NCBI GenBank assembly: GCA_026914245.1
Contig: CP110440.1
Coordinates: 1,612,001 to 1,676,000 of the forward strand
Source: Puccinia triticina
Lineage: Eukaryota
Direction of reading: 5' to 3'
Length of the DNA: 64,000 bases
The position numbers and the translations under genes are program-made. Below the pieces are notes generated by a model, which had not been told where the DNA came from, did no database searches, and saw only the letters and a program-made list of their open reading frames with translations. Shown here one piece after another: positions 59,900 to 64,000 of this stretch (position 1 is its first letter; each line of letters begins with the position of its first letter).

Positions 59900-62800
59900 G
59901 AGGTGAAATGGCGCGACATAACCTCTGGTTTCCCTCTGGAGCAGACTGCTGCCTCAGTATTGAAGGCTGCATGACAAACATACCCGCAAAGCCGGCCGCT
60001 AAGTGCCAACCGAGGTGGCAGTGGAGGATCCAAACTCCTGGATTATCGGCTTGTACTCGGACTAAAAATATTCACATGCGAAATTGTGAGAAAAGTATCA
60101 GAAATTTTTAAGCTGATACACGTTTATGGTCCTTGGTTTGGAGTGAGATTGCGGAATACGGCCCGAGGTCACTAACCTACGTGGTAACTCCCTCCCCCTA
60201 TGACTTGAGTCTGATCAGAAGATAATCAATTCATCAAATTTCCCAAACATACACGTTGGGTTTCGTGGTCATTAGACTTACATCCTTGCGCAATGGATTG
60301 GTAGTATTGTACTGCAAACTTGAGACCGTTGTTTCATTTATCTCACCAGCACCGGTAGCAACAATCCATCCCTGAAAGACAAAGTATACGGTGAGTGAAA
60401 TAAATCTTAGTGAAGCATGGTTGAATAGTTGATTACTTACATCAACTCCATCTGGAGGGTAATTGAGTAAAGGACAAAATTAACAGACAGCGTTTTTCTC
60501 GGTTTTGTTCATTAAAACGGTGTGCTTACGCAAGTGGTAAGAATGCTCGATAGCCGCGTCCAGATTGTTTATTACAATATCGTAGCATCCAGGCTGCTCA
60601 AAAGTAAAAGCTGCAACATCGGAGGCGTTGATAGTTCCGGGTCCTCCAGAGAGTAGCTCATTGAGCAAAGGACGGTTAGGCCGAGCTGTGTTAGAATTTA
60701 AAGAAAGCCATGATCAGAAATCATGTGTGCACTCATGATACGGATTTGACTCACTTATCCAAGTGGTGTCATTCACGAAAAACCTGCCGCTAACAACACT
60801 TGAATTACCCTCAACAGAAGCAATTGTCCCAAAGCTCGTCGAGAAGTAAACCTATGGGGTGTGATTAAGATTTTTGTCAACTTCATACGGTGAAGCCGAG
60901 AAAAATTTGCGCTCAACTCTACCCAAGAGGTTTGTACATGCATCCTGCGGCACAAGCGGGTGCATGGTAGAAACATCCAGGTCCAGGCAAGCCCCCCCTA
61001 GAGTATCAGACCAGTCCCTTGTTGTTGGTATAACTACGTCCGAAATACTGGGGGGAGGTGTTGTTGCATCAACAATGCGGATAATCCCCAGCGCCGTGCC
61101 AGCTCGTTCTGTGATACCGGGGGCCACTATATAGAAAGAAGGAACCAGTTCAGCGACTTGACATCTGATGAACACTCCAAATGATTTCAACGCCAGGTAT
61201 CGCTCACACCAAGCAACTTAGAAACAGAAAGCATATATCCATAAAAGTGGCCGGGCAAAGAAGCGTTAGTATCAGGATAGAATAGCTCTCCTGACAGAAT
61301 GTGCCTTCACATACAACAATCGGTGTCCATAACTGCTCTAAGGTAAACCGTGCTTCCAACCTGATCTTGAGAAGTATCAATGATCACGCTATACCTCTCT
61401 CCGTTGTCTTTATTGTAACAATTTCAATTGATATTAGAAAAAATCTACTAATTGAAGTACCCAGAGAGAAGAATGTATGCTCTACTTACGAAAAGGCACT
61501 CTATGAATCGCTGTCGGTCCTACAACCCCCGTGGAGTCCGCTTCAGTGACGTTCAAGGTATGCTCATCAACAGAAAAGCGGAAGAGAGCATGAGATCCAG
61601 CGCCTATCAATCTGAAGCGCGTCTTGGTCCCCACTGGAACATCAAAGGTTAAGCTGTTGTTTTGAGTTGTACAAGTTGCGTTGGCCAGGGCATTGTTGCA
61701 ATCGAAATATCCAATACCGTTTACAAGTGCAGAGTTCTGGGATTGTTAATCCATTAGTAACTCAATTTCTTACGTCTCGACTGAATAACTTTGGAATATT
61801 GCCTTACAGGGGACCTATGCCCCTCAATCGAGTTTTCAAGTGAAAGGAATCCAAATTAGAATTTACTACAAGTCGAAAGGGGAAAGAACAGGTCATCCTT
61901 ACGGTGCAGCAAAACTGTTGTTGTACCCAGCGGGAGATAATAATTGTTGCACAACATGCTCGCTCATTCTGATAAAGAAATTATAGCAAGCATGATCAGT
62001 AAAAAATTTAGCACATAACAGCCTCATAAACTTGAAAAAGATAGTTTTACACTCAACTCATGGTACCAATCACTGTTATCAACCTTGATTGAGTCAGCTC
62101 TCATGTTTTCATCTCGGACAAAAAGGTTTAAACTTTGCTGACTTGATCAAAAGTATGATGTCTTGATCAAAATCGACTCCCCGTTTTAGAGGATCATTCA
62201 CACTATGAACGATCATAGGCCCTGCCTTTTTACCAGAGTAAAATCAGCTTCATGCAAAAAGTACGAACCTGGTCAACTGTGAACTCACTATTCCATCAGC
62301 ATTGAAATTCTAGAACAAAACAGGCTTTAATCAAACACTTCTTCATCTTGAAACCATGTTAAATAATTTCTTACCTGTGCATGGGCGTGATACCCTTTCA
62401 ACAATATTAAAATTTTCAATTCATACCGTTCAGCTGGATTCAAGTTAGTGACAAAATTCAACACTTACAAAAGGTCCCATATTGATTACGGATGTCAAAG
62501 GTGTAAGTGAAATTTTGTCCTGGCGGAATCGGGCATTGAGTAACACCCGTCTGCATAGCAACCATATCAAAGAAGGATACAATATTTGAAATTTTAAGAG
62601 AGAGGATTTATGTGTTTCGGAGTGTGAGCTGCAGGGGAAAGATAAATTACCACGCCATCCATCCAAGGACTTCCCCTCTGAAAAATCTATTTATATTCTC
62701 CCCAAAGAAAAGAATGATTTTTAAACTTTCCATCAGACGCTAGAAAAATTCAGAAAAAAAAAAATGCAGTAAATGACACTTACCCCGTGCCAGTGAATGG

Positions 62801-63313
62801 TCAGTGCTGCGGACATTTTGTTGACTATCAATATGTTGAGAGTATCACTTTTCGAGGGAAAAATATCAGCATAGATCTTCCCATTCTGAGGTCACATTTG
62901 GGGTTGAACTGACCCCTCCTAAGCACGGTTATCGTTCAGAAAGCAAAAATTCAGCACTAGCTAGTCGGCAGCACTTTCAGGGAGGATAGACAAAAACATA
63001 CGTTTGCTTCTATCAAAGGGCCTGGAAACTGGGAGTTCACAACGAGCATGTTTCGAGAGAAGCCGTCTGGTGCTGCGGTCTCATTTCTGATTGACAAGGT
63101 GATAAGCAGTACAACTAACTTCTCAAAAGGGCGAAAGGCTACTCACGTGATTGTCCAAAAGTAATCACGTGTTTGAGGGATGGAAGTTATATTGAACTTA
63201 TCTGACAAGTACAAATCGGAGGAGTTGAGTTGCACTGAGGCCACGATTGAGATCCATGAGAACAAAGTCAAGAAAAAGAAAATTCCGCCGCTTCCAGTCT
63301 CTTCGCGGTTCAT
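59900..63313 (-). CDS. Laccase-like multicopper oxidase (AA1), highly fragmented by introns; 5' and 3' ends approximate
   Basis: All four Cu-binding motifs recovered by splicing: LTIHWHG (~62790), GTFW|YHAH (~62385), HSYHL|HG (~60540/60445), ADNPGVWILHCHLGWHLAAGF (~60020); hydrophobic N-terminal segment after the ATG at 63313. Confidence 0.88.
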
Positions 63314-64000
63314 CCTGAATTAGAAATGAAGAAATAGTGTATCTGTGGGGTAATTAAAAGCATTTTAGTATTTATGCATCTTGGAAAGAGAGTTTGTTGC
63401 ACGAGTAAGATGGGCGAGGCATCGCCAGTGACCAGGACTATGAGGGGCATGATATTTTTTGTCTTTGTTTCAATACTGTTTTTAGGCGGCGATTGTGCTC
63501 ATATTGTGCATAGGTCACATGTCCTAGGAACCGCTGAGTGATTAGAGTCACCAAAATGTCCGGTAAAATCAGCGTCGGGCAACTCTGGCTACAAGCCACT
63601 GCAAGCTGGGCTAGTTTTTCTATGTAGCAGTTTCAGAGTTTCACTATTACAAATGAGAAAAACGAGAGGGGAAACGGGATATAGAAGAAATAACTTAGGA
63701 GGAATGACTGACTCGGAAAATTGAAGCACAAGTTGCACCAGTTCTGAATATTTTTTTCTGGTATTGGAGAAGAAAATAAGACGGCGGTTTGGGCTTGCTC
63801 AGCCCCTTATATATAGACAGTATAATTGTGAGCTTTCCGCGACATAAAATGCTCACAGATCGGTGATTTCCCATCGAACCAAGCGGGTAGATCATCTGTT
63901 TCTGATGAGCGCTCACATCCATGAGGCATTTCCGTTGGGCTCGGAAAATCGAAAGGAGCTTGGCCAAGTACCGACAAATACCTGATTGTGGCGAGGGATA

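Overview
Eukaryotic, intron-rich fungal DNA, most consistent with a rust fungus (Pucciniales; inferred from gene content, intron style and transposon types). Host genes reconstructed by splicing by eye: an LRR protein (2.1-3.4 kb); splicing factor CWC22 with a GC-AG intron and a long RS-repeat tail (10.7-14.4 kb); a Fus3/Kss1-type TEY MAP kinase (43.8-45.6 kb); an inverted pair of paralogous small secreted proteins flanking a CBM12+DM9 lectin-like gene (47-53 kb); a D/N-rich secreted protein; RLI1/ABCE1; and a laccase-like multicopper oxidase. 3.5-10.4 kb is CpG-depleted decayed repeat DNA. 14.8-43.3 kb is a nested transposon island: a TRIM, a decayed DDE transposase, a foldback element, a degenerate copia with a solo LTR inside it, a long-TIR non-autonomous element, and a Tc1/mariner-like element split by a very young Ty3/gypsy element. 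The gypsy element (33425-42088, minus) is the most unusual object. It carries five mutually homologous 107-112 nt GT-AG intron-like cassettes, a 50-nt primer-binding site that copies positions 27-76 of a mature spliced tRNA-Tyr, a U_UUU_UUA slippery site at the end of gag-pro, and an extra open ORF between protease and RT. All coordinates were derived by eye; no database search was run.
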